A DNA stretch of 37,387 bases from Bacteroidota bacterium (GCA_023428585.1 JAEYXG010000052.1:1-37387); one strand, 5' to 3'. Shown: positions 19,383-29,029, counted from the stretch's first letter. The notes: generated from the sequence alone by a model not told the origin. Translations and numbers: made by a program.

Positions 19383-22082
19383 TCATAATCCTTTGGAAGC
19401 TTTTAGAAGATTTTCGCCTATGCCAATACGATAACCCATTGATAGAAATGTTATTTCTCCTTGAGGATTTATAAACATTACAATTGGGTAATGCATGGTT
19501 GATTGAAATCCTGCTGATTCACTAATGGATTTGAGTAACAGGTCTTTATCATCAATAATAAATGAAGTTGCATTAGGCAGATTCTTATAGGATGCGGGAT
19601 TAAAATCGTTTGATTTAAGGGAAGAGGGCACAACAAAAAGAAAGTGACCACCCCAGTTATTAAAATCAGCATTTAATAAGGGGATATCACTCATTATGTG
19701 GCGGGTTGGTTCATTTGCAGGATTAATAAAGGCAAGAACAATACCCTTCTCTCCCGATGCTTGTTTGAGAGTCTTTCTTGTACCCTTTGAATCAGTGATA
19801 TTCAGATCCATATCAATTACCCCTGAAATACTTCTTTTCTGTTTCAGTGGCTCAAGTATTACCTGTTTACTCAAATTATCCCCTTTCATGAGCGTGAAAT
19901 ATTCTGTTCTGGTCAATACACTTCCATCATCTCTTCTATGACCGGTCATCAGCATATAATAGCCGGGATCAAGTTCGAGAGTGAAAGGGAATTCCTTTAC
20001 TTGATCACTTCCTTCGTAATCGAGTGTGGTAAAGTAACCATTATTAAATTTCTGTATCGTATAATGGATATAGTACTCAGGTTTAATGGTATTGCCAGAT
20101 GCATTTAAAAGTTCGAGTTTGGTACTATTTACAGGTGCCTCAGCTTCCTCAAAAGAGATATTGACCCAACCTCCATTCATATAGACCTGAGGTAATTGCG
20201 TTGCCTGGTCAATACGTGCCGGCAAATTGAAAGTGCGACAACAAGCAACAAAGAAAATATCGCGTGACTTTTTGTCGGCAATTCCAATTTCAAAGACTCC
20301 AATGGGTGAAATGGGACAACCCATATAATTTTCAGTGGTACTAATGACAATGCTATCATTCACCCAATCCTTGATTATCGCTAGAGTATGAGCTTGATTA
20401 CCCCCCTCTCCTTCAAATTTGGGAAGAAATTTGTTATATAAATAGCTGCGCCAGGGCCTGATTAGTTCATTACTGATTCGGGCAGAAAGTATACCCTCGT
20501 AAAATACTTGTTTACTGTATGGCTGTTCATTAGTAATATTACTGTCACTTGATTTCTTGCCATCCGTTTCACCTTCAATTAATTCAACTTTATATTTTAT
20601 CATCGATAGATGATCGGAAAGATATCTTGCGGGAGTATCTCTTAAATCCTTCTCTGAAATATTGTCAAGCAAATCCAATACTGATGGATGTTTTACATTT
20701 TCCTTAATATAGTTTGAGATCTCTTCCCAATTGCCATAACTCAAGGCAATTAACCTTTTAACGCGTGCTGTATCCAGACCTAGCTCAACAGCAATGGCTT
20801 CAGCCTGCTCCGGTTTTATAAAAGTTGACATATACGCGTTTCTGATTGAAACTTCCTCAACCAGTCGACGATTGTTTTCTTCTTGTCTATCAACCGGAAC
20901 TGATTCGACTAACTTCTCAACAGGTGGAACTATATCAACCACCTCAGTATAAGCTTCACCGGGCTTACGGGTAAGCATAACTGTCAATGTATCCAAAAGG
21001 CTAACTGACGCTTTTGCATAACCATAGGTATCATTTTTTGATACCCAGATCTGAAGATCGCCCAATCCTGTCTGCAACACAGCCATACCGTTTTCATCAC
21101 TCTTCTTTACTACCATTGGATAGAATTCAGCATAATTATATATTCTGAATTCAACCCTGGCATCAGATACCGGTTTATTACTTTCATTTATCACCTTGAC
21201 CACCAATGGTTTAGTAATAGTATAGGACGAGAGGCTGTTTATCTTAGAGTAGAGTTCCTTCTGTTCAAGAACATCTTCATTTCCATTGTAAACACCAATC
21301 ACATTTGTATGAACCATCATTGCCCTTTTAACAGGGACATCAAACCAACCCTTATTCAGCACAGCCTCCGGTTCACAGGCACCAAGATATTGCCATTTAC
21401 CATCAACAAACACCTCCACCCAAGCATGATTATCGTCGGTATGAGCCCAGCGGGGTGTGTATACTTGTCGAGCAGGAATTCCAACGGCCCGCATTGCTGC
21501 CACAGTAAAGGTAGATTCTTCACCACAACGGCCAAATGATGTGCGCATTGTAGCTAAAGGTGATGAAGTTCGGGCATCACTTGCTTTATAATTTACCTTT
21601 TCATGACACCAATGATTCACTTCAAGGGCCGCTTCAGTCATAGTCAGATTTTTGACCCGGTCTTTCAACTCATTAAAAATAACTACCCTTGCCGTGTCCA
21701 GATTTTCATTATTAACCCTTACTGGTAGAACAAAATGTCTAAAGATATCTTCCGGTATTTCCATACCCCAACTGAAGGTATCTCGAGCTTTCAAAGAAAG
21801 GTCTACCTGCTGAAGGAAATATTCTCCATCATAATCAGCTAGGTCACTCAAAGGCATATAAGCGAAAAGGAATTTGAGCGCTTCCTGCTGCTCAAGGCTC
21901 AAAGAGTTATCAAACACGCTGAATAATTCATTATCTCTCGCTTGAGCCATCTTCTGGCGATTTTCAAACTGACCTTCTACCAGTTTGCGATAACTGGCGT
22001 CAGAAATAAAGTGTTTCTCACCTGAACAATTAAACAGGAACATGGTAGCCGTGAGCAGAGCTACTGAAATAAGTTGCTTCAT
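19383..22082 (-). CDS. Transglutaminase-like domain lipoprotein (one putatively active and one degenerate domain)
   Basis: Signal peptide with Cys19; GRCGEES...RAVGIPAR and NHAWVEV motifs; a second degenerate repeat SRDIFFVACCRTFNLPAR. Confidence 0.85.
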   Translation of the reverse strand: MKQLISVALLTATMFLFNCSGEKHFISDASYRKLVEGQFENRQKMAQARDNELFSVFDNSLSLEQQEALKFLFAYMPLSDLADYDGEYFLQQVDLSLKARDTFSWGMEIPEDIFRHFVLPVRVNNENLDTARVVIFNELKDRVKNLTMTEAALEVNHWCHEKVNYKASDARTSSPLATMRTSFGRCGEESTFTVAAMRAVGIPARQVYTPRWAHTDDNHAWVEVFVDGKWQYLGACEPEAVLNKGWFDVPVKRAMMVHTNVIGVYNGNEDVLEQKELYSKINSLSSYTITKPLVVKVINESNKPVSDARVEFRIYNYAEFYPMVVKKSDENGMAVLQTGLGDLQIWVSKNDTYGYAKASVSLLDTLTVMLTRKPGEAYTEVVDIVPPVEKLVESVPVDRQEENNRRLVEEVSIRNAYMSTFIKPEQAEAIAVELGLDTARVKRLIALSYGNWEEISNYIKENVKHPSVLDLLDNISEKDLRDTPARYLSDHLSMIKYKVELIEGETDGKKSSDSNITNEQPYSKQVFYEGILSARISNELIRPWRSYLYNKFLPKFEGEGGNQAHTLAIIKDWVNDSIVISTTENYMGCPISPIGVFEIGIADKKSRDIFFVACCRTFNLPARIDQATQLPQVYMNGGWVNISFEEAEAPVNSTKLELLNASGNTIKPEYYIHYTIQKFNNGYFTTLDYEGSDQVKEFPFTLELDPGYYMLMTGHRRDDGSVLTRTEYFTLMKGDNLSKQVILEPLKQKRSISGVIDMDLNITDSKGTRKTLKQASGEKGIVLAFINPANEPTRHIMSDIPLLNADFNNWGGHFLFVVPSSLKSNDFNPASYKNLPNATSFIIDDKDLLLKSISESAGFQSTMHYPIVMFINPQGEITFLSMGYRIGIGENLLKASKGL

Positions 22083-22102
22083 TTGCTTGAGATTGATGCA
22101 AG

Positions 22103-22110
22103 CAAATGTA
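22103..22110 (-). promoter_or_regulatory. -7 promoter element upstream of the transglutaminase-like gene
   Basis: The minus strand reads TACATTTG (TAnnTTTG) about 20 nt before the ATG. Confidence 0.45.
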
Positions 22111-22115
22111 AGAAG

Positions 22116-22640
22116 TTATTGTTTTTTTACAACAATTGGAGGTGTTGCAATTGTATTGCTTCTATTTAGATCACGATCCATGATATAAACTTCAAATTTA
22201 ATCGTGTCATATGGAGATAGTATATTATTGACATTCAGGGTATCTTCAATTTCACCTCTGATTGCCTTGTTCTTACCGGCAGGAGTCAATATAGGAATGC
22301 GGCCATTAAACGTAGCTGTATCATAAACAACTGTCGTATCATTAATATAGGTTGGAGTAATCAGGAATATTTCTTTAAAAACTCCATTTTGCAATTCAAA
22401 ATATTTGATAAACAAATTATAGTCGTACGGGGCAACCGTATCTTCTGAGTATAAGCCAATGTTTCCATCCCCATCAGTATAACTAAACCTTAAAATACCC
22501 CGTTGGTCAATACCCTCACTATCGCGAAGCATAACAAAGTCCAAATACTTGATAACAGGTTCTGGAGGAAATTCCTCATACTTTTTACAGGAACCTATAA
22601 GCATTAATAAGAAAAACAAACCGGCTAATCTATATTTCAT
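22116..22640 (-). CDS. Hypothetical lipoprotein (beta-rich)
   Basis: MKYRL + hydrophobic stretch + IGSC lipobox; SYTDGDGNIG acidic loop; DR..NRSN C-terminal motif. ATG 22640 preferred over TTG 22658. Confidence 0.75.
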   Translation of the reverse strand: MKYRLAGLFFLLMLIGSCKKYEEFPPEPVIKYLDFVMLRDSEGIDQRGILRFSYTDGDGNIGLYSEDTVAPYDYNLFIKYFELQNGVFKEIFLITPTYINDTTVVYDTATFNGRIPILTPAGKNKAIRGEIEDTLNVNNILSPYDTIKFEVYIMDRDLNRSNTIATPPIVVKKQ

Positions 22641-22691
22641 TCTATCTTCAATTTTCAACGCTTGATTAAATGCGCAATAATCATGCCGTCA

Positions 22692-23375
22692 TTATAACAA
22701 ATCACCATCAAAAAACTCCATTGGCTCGCATGCGGCAATCAACTCAGGACCTTCAGCAGAAGCTTTATTCACCGTCTCCGGAACCCTGTATCTTTTCATC
22801 TCACTTGACGGGTAAGGTATAAGCATTTTCTTCAAATTTACATCGTCATTACCTTGCAACCAAAAATTAAAATCAGATTTTCTCAGAATAACAGGCATCC
22901 TATCGTGGATTGGCTTCATTATTTGATTTGCATCAGTAGTAATAATTGTGAATGAATTAATGAGTTGTCCACTTGAATTTTGCCAATGATCCCAAATACC
23001 GGCAAACGCAAAGAGTGACTCATCCTTAAGGGTAAACCTGTATGGAAGCTTTCTTCCTGAATGCACCCACTCATAAAAACCATCAGCTGGAACCAGGCAA
23101 CGCTTTTCCCGAAAACCCGCCTTAAACGATGGTTTCTGATCTATGGTTTCACTTCGTGCATTTATCAAAGGTGTTTTGGGCATTTCTTTTGACCACTTGG
23201 GTATGAGACCCCATCTGAAGAGTTGTAATTTTCTGGGCTCCTCTGAAGTAATAACAGGCAATAGCTGAGTCGGTGCCCCATTATATCGGGGGACATAAGG
23301 GGCATTACCTCCAGAAAGCTCAAAAAACAAGTTTATCTGTTTCTCATCTGCCGTAAGTGAAAAGCGACCACACAT
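22692..23375 (-). CDS. SOS response-associated peptidase (SRAP; YedK/HMCES abasic-site protecting protein)
   Basis: N-terminal MCGRF (Cys2), RYNGAP, WGLIP, INARSET, RCLVPADGFYEW, IHDRMPVIL. Confidence 0.95.
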   Translation of the reverse strand: MCGRFSLTADEKQINLFFELSGGNAPYVPRYNGAPTQLLPVITSEEPRKLQLFRWGLIPKWSKEMPKTPLINARSETIDQKPSFKAGFREKRCLVPADGFYEWVHSGRKLPYRFTLKDESLFAFAGIWDHWQNSSGQLINSFTIITTDANQIMKPIHDRMPVILRKSDFNFWLQGNDDVNLKKMLIPYPSSEMKRYRVPETVNKASAEGPELIAACEPMEFFDGDLL

Positions 23376-23579
23376 CTCTTTATAACTATAATAATGACAA
23401 TATTATAACAAACAACTCCTGCATTATATTGCAAGAGTAAAATTAGCTGAAATAAACGAATCACACTACCAAGAACTAGCCTAATTTCATATATTTGAAC
23501 ATTGAAATAATCAAGTCCATAAATAAGTCGATATTTCGCTTTTTGTTGATTAATCCTTTTAACAAAGTAAAAAAACGAT

Positions 23580-24227
23580 ATGAAGAAGTTCGCAGTAGTT
23601 CTTTCAGGATGCGGTGTCAAGGATGGAGCTGAGATACATGAGGCAGTACTAACTTTACTAGCAATTAAAAAACATGGTGCTGATTATGAAATTTTCGCCC
23701 CCGACATTAAGCAATATCACGTTGTAAACCATTTGAGCGGTAAAGTAACGCAGGAAGAACGCAATGTTCTGGTCGAGTCTGCGAGGATTGCACGTGGTAA
23801 TATCAAATCGCTTAGCGACTTTCAGGCTCGTTCATTTGATGCACTCGTATTCCCGGGTGGTTTTGGTGTAGCAAAAAATCTATGCTCCTATGCTTTTGAC
23901 GGCGATAATTGCAGGGTAATCCCCGAGATTTCAAAGGCGATCAAGGATATGGTATCATTACAGAAGCCTATTGGGGCAATGTGTATTTCACCGATATTGA
24001 TTTCAAAGGTGTTGGGGAATGTTGAGATTACTATCGGTGATGATGAAACAACCTTACAGGATGTTGAACGAATGGGGTCATTACACAGAAAGGCTAGTCA
24101 TGGTGATGTGATTAAAGATCCCCATAGATTAATTTACACAACACCATGCTATATGCTTGATGCAAACATACTTCAAATTGAATTGGGAACATACAACCTT
24201 ATTGAAGCTATTATGAGGGATATTTAA
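23580..24227 (+). CDS. elbB: Glyoxalase ElbB / ES1 family (DJ-1/PfpI superfamily)
   Basis: VVLSGCGVKDGAEIHEAV, RNVLVESARIARG, PGGFGVAKNL, MCISP, TPCYM. Confidence 0.93.
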   Translation: MKKFAVVLSGCGVKDGAEIHEAVLTLLAIKKHGADYEIFAPDIKQYHVVNHLSGKVTQEERNVLVESARIARGNIKSLSDFQARSFDALVFPGGFGVAKNLCSYAFDGDNCRVIPEISKAIKDMVSLQKPIGAMCISPILISKVLGNVEITIGDDETTLQDVERMGSLHRKASHGDVIKDPHRLIYTTPCYMLDANILQIELGTYNLIEAIMRDI

Positions 24228-24330
24228 ACCCATTTAAAATCAAGGGTTAACTGTGTTTATATTGGATTATTCATTCACCGTCTTGACCACTGATTGAAAG
24301 AACATTGATTAACATTGCATTAATAACGGG

Positions 24331-25032
24331 TTATTCGTTCCCTTTGCTTGAAATCTCGTTGACTGACTTTCCGCCTATAACAATGACAATTTCACCTTTA
24401 GGTTCGTGATCAGCATAGTAGTTTGCTAATTCCTTTAGAGTAGCACGACGATGTTCTTCAAACATTTTTGAGATCTCTCTAGATACACAGCATCTTCTTT
24501 CATAACCAAGTGTTTCGGCTAATTGCAGCATTGTTTTGGCTAGTCTGAAAGGCGATTCATAAAGTACAATGGTCTGATCAAGCTGAGCTAAATAATTCAA
24601 GCGTGTATTTCTACCCTTCTTGTGTGGAAGAAATCCTTCAAAGTAAAACCTGTCACAAGGCAGTCCTGATGCAACCAATGCAGGAATAAAAGCCGTAGCA
24701 CCGGGAAGGCATTCTACTTCAACACCTGCTTCAAGACAAGTACGTACCAGAAGAAATCCTGGATCAGATATTCCAGGTGTTCCCGCATCAGTGACCATAG
24801 CCACTGTTTCACCTGAATTAATCCTCTTTGCAATAGTCTCGGCAGTCAGATGCTCATTATGCTGATGATGTGATTGCATCTTATTATCAATATTGTAGTG
24901 CTTTAGCAGAATACCTGTTTTACGGGTATCTTCAGCAAGTATCAAACTCACCTCCTTTAAAATTCTAATGGCTCGGAGGGTTATGTCCTCAAGGTTACCT
25001 ACTGGGGTTGGCACTATATATAATTTCGACAT
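24331..25032 (-). CDS. rsmI: 16S rRNA (cytidine1402-2'-O)-methyltransferase
   Basis: LYIVPTPVGNLEDIT.RA, AEDTR, DAGTPGISDPG, YESP.R, REISK.FEE. Confidence 0.96.
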   Translation of the reverse strand: MSKLYIVPTPVGNLEDITLRAIRILKEVSLILAEDTRKTGILLKHYNIDNKMQSHHQHNEHLTAETIAKRINSGETVAMVTDAGTPGISDPGFLLVRTCLEAGVEVECLPGATAFIPALVASGLPCDRFYFEGFLPHKKGRNTRLNYLAQLDQTIVLYESPFRLAKTMLQLAETLGYERRCCVSREISKMFEEHRRATLKELANYYADHEPKGEIVIVIGGKSVNEISSKGNE

Positions 25033-25050
25033 ACTGTTACTTTTGAAAGG

Positions 25051-26352
25051 CTAAAGTGTATTGATAAAATCTCTTATTAAGCGGAATATGTCCTCATACT
25101 CAGTAAATGGCACAAGATGTGATTTGTCATTCAAACTATGATATTCCATGTGTTCATTGCCCATAGAGTAAATAAATACGGCAGGCACTCCCTTTTTATA
25201 AAATGGGCAGTGGTCACTATTGCAACTCTCGCCACGTTTTGCCACTTTTAAAATATACTCATTATCAGCATTAATTTTTACCATTTTCTCATAATATTCC
25301 AGAAGCTGCACTCCATTGACCATAGTAATTCCTTCACTTCCTGTTCCAACCATATCCAGATTGATTAGAAATTTGATTTTGTCCAGAGGAAAAAGCGAAT
25401 TTTCTACAGCAAATTTTGAACCTTTTAATCCTATTTCTTCCCCGGCCAATGCCATGAAAACAATATTATATGGCAATTGATTAGCTGCGTTGGAGTAATG
25501 ATCAGCAAAATCCAACATCATTGCAACACCGCTTGCATTATCATTGGCTCCGGGGAAATATGCATCTTTACCCATCATCCCCAAATGGTCATAATGTGCC
25601 GTGACTACTACAAAGGATTCGGAATCTGATGATCCCGGCAAATATCCTATTACATTGCTTATCTTGTATTCATCAACTGCTTCAAGCACAACATCTATTT
25701 CAGCAGTGGATGGATTGGAAGACATCACTCTACGAACCACATTAAAAATAGGATAGGATAGAGAAGCCTCAGGTGAGTAAACACTCCAGGCAACACTGTT
25801 TTTATCAATGACATTTATAAAACCAGCACACTTAATGTAGTTGTTCCGTATGAGTGAATCAGTCAATTTCTTGTATTTTCCACTTGTTATTCCGGAATTA
25901 AATGCGATGAGTGTTTTACTTAGATCCCTTTTCTTTAATTTTTCTATTTTCCTGTGTCTCTTAAACCATGTTGAATCGATTTCAAGCAACTCAAAGCTTC
26001 CTTTTAAAGTTGGGCTTCCCGTAATAACAGCAAATTCCTCTCCAGTCTTCAATTGAACACCATTTATTTTCATAGAAACTGTTGAAGGGTAAGTTTTAAC
26101 TTGCACATGGAAGTCTTGCTTAAATCCGCTTTCAAATGATCTAAGCCCCATGGTTCTCATTTCATTGGCAATGTATTCAGCTGCTATTCCACATCCATCA
26201 TTTACATAACCTCTCCCAAACATTGAGGCAGATGAAAGGGAATCCATAATCGTACGTGCCCGAGCTATATTTTGAGCATTACTATCATTACCTGAATAGA
26301 GTAAAATTGCTATACAAAAGCACAAGAAACCTCTTGGTATTCGGTTTGTCAT
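25051..26352 (-). CDS. Secreted M28-family metallopeptidase
   Basis: Signal peptide; Zn ligands TAHYDH, GANDNASG, GEEIGL, NLDMVG and YHS; SDH motif. Confidence 0.92.
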   Translation of the reverse strand: MTNRIPRGFLCFCIAILLYSGNDSNAQNIARARTIMDSLSSASMFGRGYVNDGCGIAAEYIANEMRTMGLRSFESGFKQDFHVQVKTYPSTVSMKINGVQLKTGEEFAVITGSPTLKGSFELLEIDSTWFKRHRKIEKLKKRDLSKTLIAFNSGITSGKYKKLTDSLIRNNYIKCAGFINVIDKNSVAWSVYSPEASLSYPIFNVVRRVMSSNPSTAEIDVVLEAVDEYKISNVIGYLPGSSDSESFVVVTAHYDHLGMMGKDAYFPGANDNASGVAMMLDFADHYSNAANQLPYNIVFMALAGEEIGLKGSKFAVENSLFPLDKIKFLINLDMVGTGSEGITMVNGVQLLEYYEKMVKINADNEYILKVAKRGESCNSDHCPFYKKGVPAVFIYSMGNEHMEYHSLNDKSHLVPFTEYEDIFRLIRDFINTL

Positions 26353-26366
26353 TGAGTTGAGAAGTA

Positions 26367-27296
26367 TTAAAGATAACGCCTGTTGATAAAAGATTTTAAT
26401 TTATTAAAGGCTTCATTATTTTCATTCCAGCCAAGTGTTGATTTCAGACTGCTAAAAACACTATCTGCATTATTCATTGAGCCACAAGAATTAAGACGAT
26501 TTATGGCATCATTATATAATTCAATGCGCCCCTCAAAAAGATCATTTACAAATTGGAATTTCTCATTGATTCCAATAGCATTTCTCAAATCATCAATTGG
26601 CTTAAGCTGCATTTTATGAGCAAGCGTTTGATCAGACTTCCCTTGATTAATCTTATCTATTACGGTTGGTATTTCACTCTTTAGCTTATCAGCCAATGTT
26701 GGAGTACCAAAGAGATCGGCCGATACAGCTTTATTTTTACCAGAGGTTTGATTTATTAACTTGTTATCCTCTTCAAGAGAGTTAGGTGTCATTGGTTTAT
26801 CTACAATTGAGACTGTATTGGCAGCGGCAGTATCATGTGAAGAAACGTTATAAACTTCAGCAACTTCAGGCTTTTGTTCGGATGCTGCAGATTCATCTGC
26901 AATATCATTGACCTCAACTTCAACCCTTGAAAACGACATTTGAGGCACTTCATCAACAATAGTACGCTCTATTGGAGAGACATCAGCTTGAACTTGCATA
27001 TGTTCAATTTCAGATTCCTTAATCAATGAATCATCCTCCGATTGACCGATTTTCAATAACTCTGATTTATCATCTTCACTGACTACTGACAAGTTCTTCG
27101 GCAATTCACTACTTGTGTTTATAATACTATTTGGGATGTCCATCCTAATTTGCTCTGTTGCCATGTATGCTTGTCGAAGTAAATCCAGGATAATATCTGT
27201 TTCAAGAGTGCTAATGTTATTATTGTCAATGGCTGTGTTGACGCGTAAAGCTAATTTATCAATCAGTAAGTTAAGGTTATGCAGTTTACTTTTCAT
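26367..27296 (-). CDS. Uncharacterised protein: helical N-terminus, acidic linker, helical C-terminal domain
   Basis: 309-aa ORF tightly spaced with the downstream M28 peptidase gene (14-nt gap) in the same minus-strand run as rsmI. The C-terminal DLRNAIGINEKFQFVNDLF...FINRRY resembles conserved Bacteroidota hypothetical proteins. Confidence 0.8.
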   Translation of the reverse strand: MKSKLHNLNLLIDKLALRVNTAIDNNNISTLETDIILDLLRQAYMATEQIRMDIPNSIINTSSELPKNLSVVSEDDKSELLKIGQSEDDSLIKESEIEHMQVQADVSPIERTIVDEVPQMSFSRVEVEVNDIADESAASEQKPEVAEVYNVSSHDTAAANTVSIVDKPMTPNSLEEDNKLINQTSGKNKAVSADLFGTPTLADKLKSEIPTVIDKINQGKSDQTLAHKMQLKPIDDLRNAIGINEKFQFVNDLFEGRIELYNDAINRLNSCGSMNNADSVFSSLKSTLGWNENNEAFNKLKSFINRRYL

Positions 27297-27464
27297 TTTA
27301 TTATGATTTGATAGGTAGTTTTTATAACGTGACTAAGGTGAATTTTTGTACATTGCAGCCTGATGAATCCATGTCATTTTGGCAAATGAAATGCGTAAGA
27401 TCAACAAATTACAAAAATTATTACAGGCTATAAAAGTATAAAGAAATCAGTGGAGTTATAAATA

Positions 27465-28043
27465 ATGTTTCTTGAAAATTCCAACCTTACAACACAACGC
27501 CGTGGATGGATAGAAGTAATCTGTGGTTCTATGTTCTCAGGGAAAACTGAGGAATTGATACGACGTCTTAATAGGGCAAGAATTGCACGACAGAGGGTTG
27601 AAATCTTTAAGCCCATGATTGACACCAGGTATGATGAAAACAATGTGGTTTCACACGATGAGAATTCCATATTATCAACACCAGTCAGTTCTGCCACACA
27701 AATTCTTCTTCTCACAAATAATGTTGACGTTGTTGGCATTGATGAAGTGCAATTTTTTGACGATGAGATTGTTGAGGTATGTAATAAGCTGGCCCGGCAA
27801 AATATAAGGGTTATTGTTGCTGGTCTGGATATGGACTTTGCAGGAAATCCATTTGGACCAATGCCCGCTCTAATGGCTACGGCAGAATATGTAACTAAGG
27901 TGCATGCAATATGCATTCGTTGCGGAAATCTGGCTCAGTATTCTTATAGAAAATCATCAGATCAGAAACTGGTAATGTTAGGTGAAACTGAAAGTTATGA
28001 ACCTCTGTGCCGTGCCTGTTATGAAATGGAAAGAAAGAAATAG
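27465..28043 (+). CDS. tdk: Thymidine kinase (TK1 type)
   Basis: [26 protein letters not shown], Zn lasso CIRC...YEPLCRAC. Confidence 0.97.
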   Translation: MFLENSNLTTQRRGWIEVICGSMFSGKTEELIRRLNRARIARQRVEIFKPMIDTRYDENNVVSHDENSILSTPVSSATQILLLTNNVDVVGIDEVQFFDDEIVEVCNKLARQNIRVIVAGLDMDFAGNPFGPMPALMATAEYVTKVHAICIRCGNLAQYSYRKSSDQKLVMLGETESYEPLCRACYEMERKK

Positions 28044-28081
28044 CCGGAATATAGAAAACAATTACCAGTAACTATTTTACT

Positions 28082-28089
28082 TAATTTTG
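28082..28089 (+). promoter_or_regulatory. -7 promoter element upstream of the cyclophilin pair
   Basis: TAATTTTG matches TAnnTTTG, about 20 nt before ATG 28109. Confidence 0.5.
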
Positions 28090-28108
28090 CAAAAGAATTG
28101 TTCAGCTT

Positions 28109-28987
28109 ATGAAGCTTTATAAACTTATTCCGTTAATCAGCATATTCTTCCTTAATTCTGTTCCTGTGCTAACAGCATCAGGTCAGGCAATTCAGCAAAA
28201 CCAGTTGGAATGCCAATCACAATGCATGGATGAAACAATTGTTATTTCAACCTCTTTGGGTGACATTCAAGTAAAATTATACAAAGACACTCCACTTCAC
28301 AGCAATAACTTTATCAAGTTGGTTAAAGAATCATATTTTGACAGTACACTTTTCCACAGAGTAATAGAAGGTTTTATGATACAGGGAGGCGAGCCTGATT
28401 CCAGAGGAGCAAAAGCAGGCGTAGAACTTGGCAATGGAGGCCCTGGATATGATTTGCCGGCAGAGATACTTCCAAACCATATGCATGTTCGGGGAGTGCT
28501 GGCCGCCGCCCGTGAATCAGATGAAGTCAATCCTTCCCGTTTATCTTCGGGATCACTATATTATATTGTTCAGGGCAAGAAGTTTACCGATGCTACGCTT
28601 GATGAAGTTGAGAAAAAGCAATATTCTCTGGCAAAACAACGCATCTTTGTCAACATTATGAACCGCCCTGAGAATCTTGAATTAAGGAATGAGTTTCTTG
28701 CTGCTGATTCAAGAGTTGACTCATTAAGATTTAAATTCCTGCTGGATACACTTAATGGAATGATGGATAGGGAATATGCGTTAACAACACCTTTCAAGAT
28801 ATCGGCAGAGAAAAGAGAAATATATAAAACAGTGGGTGGTGCACCTCACTTGGACGGTAGTTATACCATTTTCGGTGAAGTGATAAGTGGCATGGATGTT
28901 GTTGATAAGATTGCTGCCGTAAAGAGAGACGAAAATGACCGTCCACTTGGAGATATAGAAATGTATGTTTACCTATTAAAGAAATAA
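28109..28987 (+). CDS. Exported cyclophilin-type peptidyl-prolyl isomerase with helical insertion
   Basis: Signal peptide; FHRVIEGFMIQGG, LAAAR, GGAPHLDGSYTIFGEV. Confidence 0.92.
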   Translation: MKLYKLIPLISIFFLNSVPVLTASGQAIQQNQLECQSQCMDETIVISTSLGDIQVKLYKDTPLHSNNFIKLVKESYFDSTLFHRVIEGFMIQGGEPDSRGAKAGVELGNGGPGYDLPAEILPNHMHVRGVLAAARESDEVNPSRLSSGSLYYIVQGKKFTDATLDEVEKKQYSLAKQRIFVNIMNRPENLELRNEFLAADSRVDSLRFKFLLDTLNGMMDREYALTTPFKISAEKREIYKTVGGAPHLDGSYTIFGEVISGMDVVDKIAAVKRDENDRPLGDIEMYVYLLKK

Positions 28988-29029
28988 TCAGTATTCAAAA
29001 CTATTAATTGTATATAAATATAAGAAATC

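Noticed and set aside
23333..23620. 95-aa minus-strand ORF across the SRAP-elbB spacer
   Set aside because: Overlaps both flanking genes and has the composition of translated AT-rich intergenic DNA.
24228..24330. AACATTG duplication and weak AACCC/GGGTT pairing between convergent elbB and rsmI
   Set aside because: Only two copies and a weak stem; no convincing terminator or binding array.
27428..27916. 162-aa ORF antisense to tdk
   Set aside because: Mirror frame of tdk; no independent coding evidence.
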